Assembly: GCA_965603825.1 (NCBI GenBank)
Contig: CBFDEM010000028.1
Coordinates: 372,001 to 436,000 of the forward strand
Direction of reading: 5' to 3'
Origin: Blepharisma stoltei ATCC 30299
Lineage: Eukaryota > Protista > Ciliophora
Length of the DNA stretch: 64,000 nucleotides
Positions within the stretch are counted from its first letter, which is position 1, and each line of letters starts with the position of its first letter. A program made the position numbers and the translations under genes. Below the pieces are notes generated by a model, which saw only the letters and a list, made by a program, of their open reading frames with translations, was not told the origin of the DNA and made no database searches. Of this stretch, positions 36,763-48,894 are shown piece after piece.

Positions 36763-38727
36763 ATGAGTTCAGCGGTTAATTCAGATATTGACCCAGATTT
36801 AATCCTCAAAAAGCTGAAGCAGCTTTTTCTATACTACTCATCTATAAGTTCCCAAGACTCCTCAAGTTTCATAACTCCACAAAAATTCCTAAAGCTGCTT
36901 AAAGATTCCGAAGTTCCAGACAGGTCGCTTAAACCCCAAGATTTAGAGATCCTTATCTTGTCTGGCAAAAAGAAACAAAAGCAAATCAACTTTGACTTAT
37001 TCTGTAGCATCCTCATCAAAATTTCTAAGTCTAAATACGCAAATTCCGGAATTTCTCAGTCAGCGACAAGTACATTATATGCTTTGCTTAATGAAAATAT
37101 TTTGCCTTTATTAGATGCTCTAATTGAATCTGGAAAAATCACACAAATTGAAGAAATTGATTCTACAATTGATGAGGAATGTATAGAGATCATCAATTCT
37201 GCATATGAAGTGTTAAAAGAAATTTACCGAAATAACTTTGTATGGGAACTCATCAGTTCTGAAGAGAAATCTGTCATTTCTCAGAGATCGAGACAAACCT
37301 TTATGGCAATGCTGAACAATTTCAATATTATTCCAGATTTATTAACTCCAGTTGCAGCCAATAAGCTATGGCAAGAAATTGCTGAAAACTCATTTGAGTC
37401 TCTGAAAACATCGAATTATGAAGATTTGGGGAAAGTTTTTACATTAAAGAAATTTGTGGTATTCCTGCTCAGAAGTGCTATGATTGGGAATTATGCTGGT
37501 AGAATTTTGTCGTCAAGCGAAAAACTGTCAATTTTCCTTGAAAAGCTTCAAATGTCTGATGGGTTTAGCCGCATCGACAATAGACTTTGTAGACCTCATA
37601 GCGAAAACATGTCTTTTCTGTCAGATCCTAAAGTAATTGACCTGTTAAATGGTATAGCTAAAGAAGATATAAAGCTGAATACGATAAGTTCTGAAGCTCC
37701 TATAGGTTTTAACATAAGCGAACAAATGTATATCCAATTAGAGCTGCATATGGAAAAAATAGAAAGCGTTTTTCGCTTATATTGCTCTTGAGGAAATCAT
37801 ATGAACGCCAATAAATTAAATTCCAGCAATTTTATAAGGCTTCTGACTTCAGCAGAGATCATTGGGGAACCTGATGAAGAAAATAAAATAACAAGAGTTG
37901 ATGCAAATTTGATTTTTGTTAGCGTGACACATAAGAAAAATAAAACAAATAAAGTGACGATTAACTTTAAAAAAAAGAGCTATTTAGGACCTAAAGACAA
38001 TGACTTTGGAAAAATGAGCTTCCAACAATTTTTGAAAGCATTAGAAATCATCTCTGGAAAAGTCTACCAGGATTTGCCTCAAGACCAAGCTTTTCTATCT
38101 TTAATTGAAAATCGCTTATTGGTGCTTGATTTCAATAATTCTACTGAAAACTACTTAAAAGGACTATTAAGCATAGTTAGAGATCCCAGCATGAGCGAAA
38201 TTTACTCAACCCTTCGTCAAACTTTATCTCCATATATCCGCTTATATCTTGATGAAAAAAGCCAATTGGACTTTCCACAAGCTGTCAAATTTTGTACCGA
38301 TTTCTCAATTTTCCCTAATGTAATCACAAAAGCTAAACTCACACCAATCTTTTATTGTTTAGCTGATATTTATTCGAAAAATTCTTTGGTCATATCAGGA
38401 ACCCAATCTTTAACAAAAAGTGCCAAATCTTTGGTTGAGGCCCATGATACTGAATGCATAAACAATGATCTCTTTATAGATCTAATTGCCATGGTCTCAA
38501 TAGAAGGAAACCAATCTGAAAAAAGCAGCACTGAAAAAATCTGTATAGCATTAGAAAAAATATCTCAGAGCAAAGGACCTTCATTGATCCCTTTAATGAC
38601 TGGGTCTCCTAGAACTGCTGGGCTGCATAGATCTGACTACTTGATGATGGTGAAAAAAGAAGAAAAAAAGCAAGAGCCTGTTATCAGCTTCAGAGAGGTA
38701 CTATTAGGTAGAATTGAAGAGCTATAA
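36763..38727 (+). CDS. Protein with two p25-alpha/TPPP-like domains
   Basis: KFLKLLKDS..DLEIL..INFDLF..LIKIS and NFIRLL..TRVDANLIF..MSFQQFLKALEIIS; halves joined by TGA=Trp at 37789. Confidence 0.65.
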
Positions 38728-38764
38728 GTAATTTATAATATCTATTCTTTTTGTATGATTTAAA

Positions 38765-39145
38765 ATGGTATGGAAAGTTTGGCTTTATATTTGTTTCGCA
38801 ATGGCATCTGCTCATAAAGCTGTAAGCGCAATTTATATCACTATCAACACTATTGAAAATGCCCAGATGCTGGCTAGAGGACTAGTAGAAAACCAGCTGG
38901 CAGCATGTGTCAACATTATTCCAGGAATCCAAAGCATCTACAAATGGGAAGGCGTGATTAATCAAGACCAAGAGCTTCTATTGATGGCCAAAACAAGGAC
39001 AGAATTAATTGATGAATTAACTTCATGGGTTAAGCGAAATCACCCCTATCAGGTATGTGAAGTGATTTCTGTCCCAATCACAGGGGGAAATCTAGATTAT
39101 ATTCAATTCCTGCTTAATAACACTAAAGACGCTTCAATTGAATAA
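38765..39145 (+). CDS. CUTA: CutA divalent-cation tolerance protein
   Basis: LAACVNIIPGIQSIYKWEG..E..KT..HPYQVCEV. Confidence 0.92.
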   Translation: MVWKVWLYICFAMASAHKAVSAIYITINTIENAQMLARGLVENQLAACVNIIPGIQSIYKWEGVINQDQELLLMAKTRTELIDELTSWVKRNHPYQVCEVISVPITGGNLDYIQFLLNNTKDASIE

Positions 39146-39148
39146 AAA

Positions 39149-39355
39149 TTATTTATAAGTAAAATATTGGTAAGCCTTGTGGGCTGAAATGTAGAACGCT
39201 AAGCTGCCAAGTGACGACAAAAGAACCGTTTTTGTGGGGAAACTGCTTTTTTCACTCTTTGGGCTTGGAGCTTGATACTCAGGCTCTTTTTCTTCAGGTT
39301 CATCGTAATGCTGATTAGCTGAGAAGTAGACAAACATAGGTTTTTTATCGGACAT
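39149..39355 (-). CDS. Small protein with C-terminal hydrophobic segment (possibly tail-anchored)
   Basis: 68-aa ATG..TAA; TVLLSSLGSLAFYISA. Confidence 0.55.
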   Translation of the reverse strand: MSDKKPMFVYFSANQHYDEPEEKEPEYQAPSPKSEKSSFPTKTVLLSSLGSLAFYISAHKAYQYFTYK

Positions 39356-39390
39356 TTTTTATAACTTAATATTTATTATGCAGTTTATAT

Positions 39391-41439
39391 TTATTCAGGT
39401 GGAGCTGAAGGGGAAGCATAGGGATAAGGATTTTGCTGTGGAGACATATTAGGGATGCCGGTATATGACTGCTGAGGTTGCATATTTGGAGCCCCATTGT
39501 AAGAATTCTGGCTTACCATGTTGGGAGCTCCGCTGTATGATTGAGGAGGATATGGAGTCGGATGGAATTGAGGATTATTTGGCATATAAGCTGGCATTGT
39601 AGAAGTTTTGCTGTACATTGGATAAGGCTGCTGACTAGACATCATTTGAGGTTGGAATGAGCCTGGATACATCTGACCGCTAACAGGTGGCTGATTAGGT
39701 GCTTGAGATATATTGGTTCTGCCGCTAAAAGATCCAGTAACATTTGTTGATCTCGCACTTTGTGATCCATTCTGTGGGCCAGCCGGAGAATTAAACACTG
39801 GCTTTGATTCTGCAATTGAGTAAGAGCGATTAAAATCATATTCCTGAGCTTGCTGACGAGAATTTGGCAATATATTTCTCTTATTGTAAAAGAAATTCAC
39901 AATTTCTCTTGGGATTTCTGCTAAAACTTCTCTTGCCAAAGCGCTTGGAGAGTTTCCGACATCTCTGAAAGGAACGAACTGGACAATGTCTCTTTCCATT
40001 CTTCTCCCTTTGCTATCAATAAGCGGCACTTCATCAGCATCCAATGTGACCATTTTTGTAAAACTATCATTTCCTATTCCTACAATAACAATTGAAAGGG
40101 GCGCTGAAGATCCTCTGACAATCCAATCAACAGTTTCTCTCATATCATGAATATCTCCATCTGTTAATATTAACAGAACAAAATACTGCTGATTTGTTTG
40201 GCTTACATTCGCTTGCTCAGCTTCTATTACAGCTCTTTGTAAAATTTGTGAAAACAGCGTAGGACCAGCTAGTTCTGTATAAAGCAAGGAATTTCTATAA
40301 GACCCCATTATTCCTTGTAATCCAGGAACTGAAGGGTTATCTGGGGAAAAGTTCATATGGAAGCAATGGCTTACCGCCCCATTGATTTTCCCTCCAAACC
40401 CATACATCGGGACCATCTTATCGCTATCATAATTCATCAAAATTTCAGCTACTGAGTATAAAGCAGCTTCGTATTGATTATACCCATTTGGGTTCAAAAA
40501 ATGTAGCGAATTCGGTACCTGAGGATTTCCATTGGATGCTGTAAAATCAACAGCAATCAGCAGCGAAATCTGGCAGCCGCCTGCAATATATTCTAAAAAG
40601 TCATAGACCTTCACCATATCAACAGTTTTGAAGGTAATTTTCCCACAAGACTTCTTCTTTTTTCCATACTTTTGAGTATTTTCCAAGTCAACTGTCTTAA
40701 GTCCCCCTTCAAAAATTTCTTTCAAGTTAAATTCAGCAGTCCCAACCAGTTTATGGTTGCCGCTAGAGTGGTAATCATATACCTCAATAAGGAGTGGCCG
40801 TTCATAATCTCCATTGCAGAGTTCTTGCACACTTTTTTCAAATTTTTCCCATTTCGGACTTTTTCCTCTTTGGTAATTAGACTTGTAGACTCTTTGGTTT
40901 CCTCCGTTTTCCATTGACCTTGAGATATAGAAAAACGGATTAAAGCTTGAAAACATGCCAGAAACGTCTTCCAGGTCTTTTGCTTCAATATGAAAGACAA
41001 CTTTGTCTTTAACTTGGCTGATTTCTTCGGTTCTTAAGATAATATTTCCACAACTCGGGCCTTTGCTGTTAGCTTTTAAAGTTTTGATCAACTGCTGACC
41101 AGGGGCTGCAACAATTTCGCCCAACGTGCATTCTGTCTCACCAATAAATTCTGAGTTCCTGATTGTGGCTTCATCATCGTTTGCGTCATAAACTTTAAAT
41201 TTCAGGTACTTTTGCTCTTCAAAACGGAACACAAGAGGGAAATTGGTGATGAAATCTGGATTGAGATTATTCCAAATCACCTCAGTCTGACCAATTTTAG
41301 TTCATTGGCCTTCACAAGTGTTTTTTTCGAAGACTTCTACAAAGGGATCAGATTTTGATAATAGTTCGACGTCTTTCAGCTTGCGGCAGCAAATAAAAAG
41401 CTGCACTTGAGGAAGATATTGGGTAATTGCTTCTACCAT
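39391..41439 (-). CDS. Copine 1 (C2-C2-VWA, P/Q/Y-rich tail)
   Basis: SKSDPFV; AVDFTASNG; ILTDGDI; RDIVQFVPF; start extended via TGA=Trp. Confidence 0.93.
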
Positions 41440-41685
41440 ATTAGTTTATATAAGCAGGGATAGATATATATTCTGATAACTTTTATCGTTTTAGGCACAT
41501 CATGTTGTAAATGAGTTCTGAATATTTCTGAATCGGGTAGTCTTATTATAAAAGTTAGCTTGTTGATGTATTAGAAAAATTTAAAATTTTTGCAGGAAAT
41601 GGATGATTCTATGATTTTAAGAACTTTCGTAACGCATAATGATAATTTAGCATTAATTATATATTTTAATAAATTTTAGAAAATA

Positions 41686-43587
41686 TTATCAGAATCCAAG
41701 CTTATTGCCTATTGAAGAGAAAAGTCCAGCATGAGATTGCACTTGAGGCAATTGCTGTGGAAGGTTTTGGATTTGAGATGGAGCAAATTGAGGGTATTGA
41801 GAAATATTTATGCTGCCTGAGTTGCTTATTTGAGATGGATTTTCGGGCAGGTTAACTTTTATTTTTTGGTATTGATTTTCTTCTATTTTAGGTGCTAAAT
41901 ATGGGTATATATGAAGAGGCTCGATATTTTTATCTTCTTCATCTAGTGGAGCATTGCATTTTATATTATTTTGGTCCTTTGCCTCTAATTTGTCCCTTTG
42001 AGATGGATTTGGAGTAATATTTCGTTTCGAGAAAAAATTTACAATTTCTCTTGGGATTTCTGCTAAAACTTCTCTTGCCAAAGCGCTTGGAGAGTTTCCG
42101 ACATCTCTGAAAGGAACGAACTGGACTATATCTCTTTCCATTCTTCTCCCTCGGCTATCAATAAGTGGATCATCGTCAGCATCCAATGTGATCATTTTTG
42201 AAAAGCTGTCATTTCCTATTCCAACAATCACGATTGAAAGGGGCGCTGAAGATCCTCTGACAATCCAATCAATGGTTTCTCTCATATCATGAATATCTCC
42301 ATCAGTAAGTATTAGTAGAACATAATATTGCTGGTTATATTGGCTTATATTTGCCTGTTCTGCATCTAATACAGCCCTTTCTAATATTTGAGAAAACAAA
42401 GTGGGCCCAGATAATCTGACAGTCCTCAATGAAGTTTTGTAAGCATTCATGACTCCTTCTAATCCATACACATTAGGATCTTGAGGATCTGAATTCATAT
42501 GAAAACAATGACTTACTCTTCTATTTATTTCTGCTCCAAACCCATAAATTGGAACAAGCTTATCACTATCATAATTCAGTAAGATATCAGCCACAGAAAA
42601 TAAAGCTTGCTCATATTGATTACTTATGCGGGGATTCAAATAATGCAAAGAACTCGACAAATTAGGATCCCCATTAGAAGATGTAAAATCCACTGCAATC
42701 ATCAGAGAAATCTGGCACCCGCCTGAAATGTACTCTAAGAAGCTATAAACTTTTCTTATCTCTAAAGACTTAAAAATAATCTTCCCACAGCTTTTACTTT
42801 GCCTACCGTATTTCTGGGGATTTTCTAAATTGAAAACTTTGATGCCATCTTCAAGAATCGCTTTTAGGCTGAATTGAGCAATTCCTATAAGTTCATGATT
42901 TCCGCTCCAATAATGATTGTCATATACTTCAATAAAAAGAGGTCTACAGAAATCTCCATTGCAAAGCTCTTGAATGGTTTTGAAAAACTTTTGCCACGTC
43001 ACATTTTTGCCTTTCTGGGTATCTGATGCATAAATTCTTTGCGATCCTCCGTTTTCTAGTGACCTTGATATGTAAAAAAATGGGCAAAAATTAAAAATAA
43101 GTCTTGGATCGTCTAAATCTTTGGCTTCAATTTCCATTTCTATAGAGTATTTTTCTCTTGACTGGTTGATTTCTTCAACTCTGAGGATAATATTTCCACA
43201 GCTTGGGCCTGTGCTATTTTCTTTTAAGGTTTTGATCAGTTGCTGACCGGGAGACCCCACAATTTCTCCTAAAGTGCATTCAGCTTCCCCTATAAAAACT
43301 GACTTTGCTAGTGTTGCTTGTTCATCATTTGCATCATAAACTCTAAATTTCAAGTATTTTTGTTCCTCGAAATGATAATCTAAAGTAAAATTTCTGATAA
43401 AATCTGGATTTAAATTATTTCAGATAATTTCTGTTTGTCCTAATTTTGACCATTTTCCTTCATAAGAGGTTTTTTCAAAGATTTCAACAAAGGGATCAGA
43501 TTTACTTATATATTCAACGTCTTTTAGTTTGCGAATGCATATAAATAATTGGACTTGGGACTGATCTAGATATCTTGCTTCTACCAT
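41686..43587 (-). CDS. Copine 2, tandem paralog
   Basis: Same motifs; ends ..LGF-W(TGA)-TAA. Confidence 0.92.
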
Positions 43588-43892
43588 TTACACGTCAATA
43601 ATATATTACCCGATTTTTCATTTATATTTTATTGATATTAAAGATTTTAAGAATAAATTTAAAATAGCGAAAGCATTCGAAGCGATAAATAGCTACATTT
43701 ATTCAAATTTTTCACTAAAATTAAAAGCTGTTATATACAAATAATTTTTTAGTAGAGTTTTCACATTTACAGGTAAGCTGCTAGGCAATTTAAGCTAATT
43801 TCTGAATAAATTGTTTATTTCACATGCTAGCATAGCTTCGTGCTTAAGATACAAAAGAATTGTATATTTTACAATAATAAATTTCGAAGGAA

Positions 43893-44183
43893 ATGGATAA
43901 AGAAGTAATAGAAGAAAACAAAGAGACCTTTAAAAATGCTGTTTGTGACTTAAAAGTACTCCAAAATATATACGATGAGTGCTTAGATAACCCTCAAAAC
44001 TATTTTGCCTGCTTAAACCCTAAACTTCAAGTGGACAAGTGCCGTCTTTTACAGTAAAATTTACTTAGTCAAAGTATAGACAAAGAGTTCACAAGGCATG
44101 AGCTTATGACATACAAAAAGTGATTATGGCAAGTTCGGCAGTACAGAAAAGAAAAAAGATACTTAAAAAGAGAAGTTTTTTAA
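43893..44183 (+). CDS. 91-aa hypothetical protein with one intron (absent from ORF track)
   Basis: Spliced: MDKEVIEENKETFKNAVCDLKVLQNIYDECLDNPQNYFACLNPKLQVDKCRLLHQSIDKEFTRHELMTYKKWLWQVRQYRKEKRYLKREVF. Confidence 0.6.
44054..44068 (+). other. 15-nt intron
   Basis: GTAAAATTTACTTAG. Confidence 0.65.
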
Positions 44184-44237
44184 ACAAAAATTAAACTTAA
44201 ATAATTTACAAATTTATCCTCAAGAATATTTTAATTA

Positions 44238-44600
44238 ATGAATTATTTCCAGTTTAAATTAGACAACAAATTAAGCCGAAGGAGCACAGAATCTTCTCAA
44301 ATGCTCCAAAAGTTTCCAAGCCGAATCCCAATTGTCTTAGAAAAAGCCTGAAATTCAAGATTATCACAACTACCTAAAAGTAAATTCATGTGTCCTGGAG
44401 AGTACACTGAGCAGCAATTTGTAACATGCGTCAGAAAAAAACTTGCATTGGGCTCAGAAACTGCTTTATTTGTGTTTGTAAACGGAGTTGATCTAATTGC
44501 AGGAAATTCGCTTATGTCTGATGTTTATAATAAAGAGAAAGACGATGATGGGTTTTTGTATATGGTATATTGTGAGCAAGATGTATTGGGAGGAAATTAA
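44238..44600 (+). CDS. ATG8: ATG8/LC3-family ubiquitin-like protein
   Basis: KFPSRIPIVLEKAW(TGA)..ALFVFVN..KDDDGFLYMVY..LG. Confidence 0.9.
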
Positions 44601-44681
44601 TATTAAATTTTTATTAATTTATGCTCACAATTAAATAAGTTTACTGAAAATTTACTAAATAGTTATAAACATTTGTAGCTA

Positions 44682-45668
44682 CTAAGATACTAATTTGTAG
44701 CAGTCAAGAAACCTATCTCGAAGCTCCCCATAGATTTCTAAAAAGTCCATCAAAGCTTCCACCATAAACTCTGGTCTGCATAGTTCGTCTAGATATTTAT
44801 TATACGCTTTCATCCTTAAATCAAGCGAAGGAGGAGAAGCAGTAAAACTCGGAAAAGCTGGAAGTTCCATTGATGGAAAATCTTCGACAGGGAATTTCAA
44901 TTTTAAGCTCTTATGGAGCATTTCAAAATTTTGTGGTGTCCTTAAAACACTGATGGCCTCTCCATCAGCAACAGTAAGTATCCTGAAGTAAACGACCTGC
45001 GTGTTCCCTTCAGTTTTCACTTTACACTCTTTGATAAACGTCTTCATTTGTGGGTCGTGAGTATTATCATGAAGTGAGTTTTTGCGCATATAAACTTGTT
45101 TTTTGAAAGAATTATTTGACGCATAAAGCAATGGCTCATTGCTGATAAGAAAATTTTCGTCAGGCCTAAATATAGCCAAAGCAGAAAGAATTAGGCATGT
45201 AGCGATTCCTAAAATCAAAACGCAAGCATGTGTACAGTTCCATATTGAGACTGATTTTTCTTCGCAGGTAAAATGAAGCAAAGACATGATACCTTGGGAA
45301 AAAAGATTTGTTGTCCAGAACCACTTGTTGCCTATACACGGCGATGCTATCCATCTTTGATATTCAAATATGAGTAGATATAGACTAAGCAGCCATGAAA
45401 TAGCCATCATAGAGAAGAAGGTTATCCTTGCATATCGAACACTATCTTCATGGACATCAGAAAAATAAGCTTCCAATGTGTGGAGGAGGCTAAAGAAAAT
45501 CATAAGAACTGTGCATACTGACTTAACTAAAAGTGACTTCGAAAGATACCTGGACCTGCTTTTTCCATCCCTATAATGATATATATAAAGGCAAATAAAA
45601 CAAATTATATATGCCAGCGGGATGAGGTTGAGCAGTAAGTAGATTTCGAATAAGTTTTCGTCTTCCAT
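44682..45668 (-). CDS. Multi-pass membrane protein with C-terminal PX-like domain
   Basis: About five hydrophobic helices, then VVYFRI..LRTPQNFEMLHKSLK..LPAFP..RMKAYNKYL..DFL. Confidence 0.65.
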   Translation of the reverse strand: MEDENLFEIYLLLNLIPLAYIICFICLYIYHYRDGKSRSRYLSKSLLVKSVCTVLMIFFSLLHTLEAYFSDVHEDSVRYARITFFSMMAISWLLSLYLLIFEYQRWIASPCIGNKWFWTTNLFSQGIMSLLHFTCEEKSVSIWNCTHACVLILGIATCLILSALAIFRPDENFLISNEPLLYASNNSFKKQVYMRKNSLHDNTHDPQMKTFIKECKVKTEGNTQVVYFRILTVADGEAISVLRTPQNFEMLHKSLKLKFPVEDFPSMELPAFPSFTASPPSLDLRMKAYNKYLDELCRPEFMVEALMDFLEIYGELRDRFLDCYKLVS

Positions 45669-46462
45669 TTTCAATATTACTTACTTGTCCGTCCACCAGA
45701 TTTTTGAGAATTTATTAACAAAAATAAAAAGTTCACAAGTTTAATCGTTGTGAGAGCTTCAGCTGCAATTTATTTTAGATATAATTGGGAATAGGATTTA
45801 TTCCTTCCTGAATACAACAGCCATTGCTTTAGGCGACTCATCATTTGGGGATATTAAAGCTGGCATATTTGTGATTGAGATGAAGTAAAAACACCTTTTG
45901 AACTTAGTCTAACGAAAATTTAAATTAGAGTCAATGAAATCAAAGATATGCTAGAAATCGTATTCTGGATGGTGAGATATATAAAAAAATAAAAAATTCT
46001 AGGCCTTACAGTTGAACTATGCCTTATTATTTTAAAATTCTTTCAGGCTAAGCTAATTGAAATTTATATCTTAATTTAAAAATAAACAGTCAAATCAAGC
46101 TTGCAAATTAATTAGATTATGAAGCTCTAGTTTATCATTACTATAGTGAAAAAGAATTTTCTCGCCTATGATTTTTGAGTTTTTGTACAAATTTCACTAA
46201 CTTCAATAAATAGTTCTTTTAAGAATGGCATGATTGATTATTTTTTGGGTTTCTCATAAGAGACAAGAAAATTTCCGTATTTTAGAAATTTAAGACAACT
46301 CAATCAAATAGATGAATTGATAATGAAAAGAATTGAGTTTTTCTTCTAAAGCTTGGAGGCTTTGCTCTAATCATAATTAAATAAAACTTGAATAATTATG
46401 AATTTTCAGAATTATAAGACCAAAAGTGTGCTTAAAGCTTAATAAATATCAACTTATCTAAA

Positions 46463-46813
46463 ATGGTATCAGATAAGTAGGAGCAAATTCCAAGCCCAGA
46501 AGTGCAAAAGCAACAAGAAGAAGCCAAGCAAGCCAAAGAAGAACAAAGACAAGTCATGATTACTCGAATCTGTGACGCTCAAGCTAGAGAAAGGCTCAGT
46601 AGAGTTGCTCTAGTAAAACCACAAAAAGCTAGGGAAATTGAAGATATGCTAATTCAGATGGCAATGAAAGGACAACTTGCAGGACAAGTTAAAGAGCAAG
46701 ACATCATTCAATTATTAGAAAAAACCACAGAGCAAGCCAAGACTTCAGTCAAAATTGTGAGAAGAAAAGGATCATTTGATTCAGACGAAGAAGAAGATCT
46801 TAATGATCTCTAA
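46463..46813 (+). CDS. PDCD5: Programmed cell death protein 5 (dsDNA-binding family)
   Basis: ARERLSRVALVKPQKAREIEDMLIQMA; ATG followed directly by intron 46466-46480. Confidence 0.9.
46466..46480 (+). other. 15-nt intron immediately after the start codon
   Basis: ATG|GTATCAGATAAGTAG|GAG. Confidence 0.75.
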
Positions 46814-46865
46814 TTTTTAAGCTAACTCTTAAGCATTAAATCCAATTAAAAAGGAAAATATTGAA

Positions 46866-48014
46866 TTAATTGTTCTTATTGCTCAATAAGGCAAGCATAT
46901 ATAGAAACAGCCCCACTATATCAATATACATTAGCAGGGCTGCAATAGCATAATCATCATAGCTTAATTCTTGATATCTCCCTCCAGCAATTAGTTGGGC
47001 ATCATAGACGATGAAAAACCCATACAAAAGGACAGCGATAAAGCAAAAAATTGTATAAAGAACTCTATCGTATAAGAAAATCATGAAAAATCCAAACATA
47101 GCCAGCGACATAATGGTGATCACCATCATCCCTCCAACAGTCGTAAAGTCCTTTTTAGTCTTCCATGCATATATAGTCAGTGAAACTGTAATCACAAGGG
47201 TGCTGACTGCAGCAGCTAATACCACTAATTGGTCATAATAAGAGCAAGCGAATGCTACTATATACGACTCAAAAACGGTGAATAAAGCTAATGCATAATA
47301 ATTGTAAGGGTACCTTTTGGACCATTTTTTGTTGCATGACACACCAATCATGATCGCTATTGTTAGGACCATACATAATATTACAACTGCAGTGGTATGC
47401 TTTATCCCTTCTCGAAGAGGAGGAGCTGCACACACAATTCCTACGAAAATTGCAGTGAATACCAGCTGGCAGCAGAGAAGTGCATATACTTTTCTGATAA
47501 ATGATTTTCTGTCATTGCTCATTGTTTTCATTCCAGCACGCTCAGAAAGCCGTTTAAAAAGGCTTCATTTGCTTGTGTCGACTTCTGGGTCACTTGAGTC
47601 TGCTCCATCAATCTTGTCTTTAATTTGACTGTTATCTAGAGGGGAAACTCCTGAATAAGCTATATCATTTTTATAAGGCTGATATACAAGTCCTGAACCT
47701 ACTGGATAATTTATCGGCGGATCATGCAGATTTTGGTTCCCATCAGCGTCAAAAGCTGGCGGGTATGGCTGATAAGCTTGATAATTCGTTGGAGGATATT
47801 GTACACTTACAATTTGAGCCTGCTGCGCTACTTGAGCAGATGGCTGATTTGTAGGGGCTTTTATAACCATTTTTGCCCTAGAGTCTTCTAATTCATCACG
47901 CACAGCATTTTCTGGCCCATGATCCACTAATATTTCTGGATTGTCAAGCGGTGCATTCGAAAACTTGCCTTGGAAATTTTTTGATTGCTGCGATTGGTCA
48001 ACATAAGTAGCCAT
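46866..48014 (-). CDS. TMBIM / Bax inhibitor-1 (lifeguard-like) protein with long P/Q/Y-rich N-terminus
   Basis: RKSFIRKVYALL..QL; YPYNY; KDFT; IVYDAQLI; AALLMYIDIV; joined via TGA=Trp at 47565. Confidence 0.88.
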
Positions 48015-48166
48015 TTGTATTATTTTATCTTGAAAATTACACACAATGATAGACATTTTCAATCCTAATTCTTTGCAGTAAAGGGGTTTTATAGAATGTT
48101 TAAATATTTAAAAAGGCATCAAGCTCGCCTCAGCGTTAAATAGTGTTGTATAATTAGAAAAATAAT

Positions 48167-48799
48167 ATGGGCGCAAGCAACCCTAAACTTACTCCACAAG
48201 AGCAGATGAGAGAGCACAGACGTGGCCTAAAAAGAGCCATGAGAGAGTTAGACCGTGAGAGAACACATCTCCAAATGGAAGAAAAAAAATTAATCGCAGA
48301 AATTAAAAAGCTTGCAAAGCAAAACCAAATTGGCCCGCTGAAAGTCATGGCAAAAGACCTTGTCCGCTTGAGACGCCACGTTCAGAAATTTTATGAAATG
48401 AAATCGCAGCTTCAAGGGGTCGATTTAAGGCTCCAGACCATGAGGTCGACTCAAGCTATGTCAGAAGCACTAAGAGGTGTCACACCGGCCTTGGTCGCTT
48501 TTAACAAGCAGATGAACTTGCCTGAGCTGAACAGGATGATGCAAGAATTTTATAAGGAAAACCAGAGAATGGAAATGACTGAAGAAATGATGGGAGAAGC
48601 TGTAGATATGGCGTTGGATAATCCCAACGACGTAGAAGAAAGTGATAACGTAGTCAACCAAGTTCTCAGTGAACTTGGTGTTGAAGTTGCAGCTTCGTTA
48701 GAAAGTGCTCCAGCTGGCAAACTTAATAAGCCTGTAGTTGAAGAGTCCAAAGAACCTCAAATGGCAGATTTAGAGTCTAGATTCAACGCACTAAAATAA
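48167..48799 (+). CDS. CHMP2: ESCRT-III subunit Vps2/CHMP2
   Basis: RAMRELDRER..KVMAKDLVR..; C-terminal MIM DLESRFNALK. Confidence 0.92.
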   Translation: MGASNPKLTPQEQMREHRRGLKRAMRELDRERTHLQMEEKKLIAEIKKLAKQNQIGPLKVMAKDLVRLRRHVQKFYEMKSQLQGVDLRLQTMRSTQAMSEALRGVTPALVAFNKQMNLPELNRMMQEFYKENQRMEMTEEMMGEAVDMALDNPNDVEESDNVVNQVLSELGVEVAASLESAPAGKLNKPVVEESKEPQMADLESRFNALK

Positions 48800-48894
48800 T
48801 TATGTTAGAAAATTAAAGAGGATTTCAATTGATAAAAATATCTTGCAGATAGGATTTTTCAGGTTTTCAAACGATTTTTCGTTAAAATTTAAAA

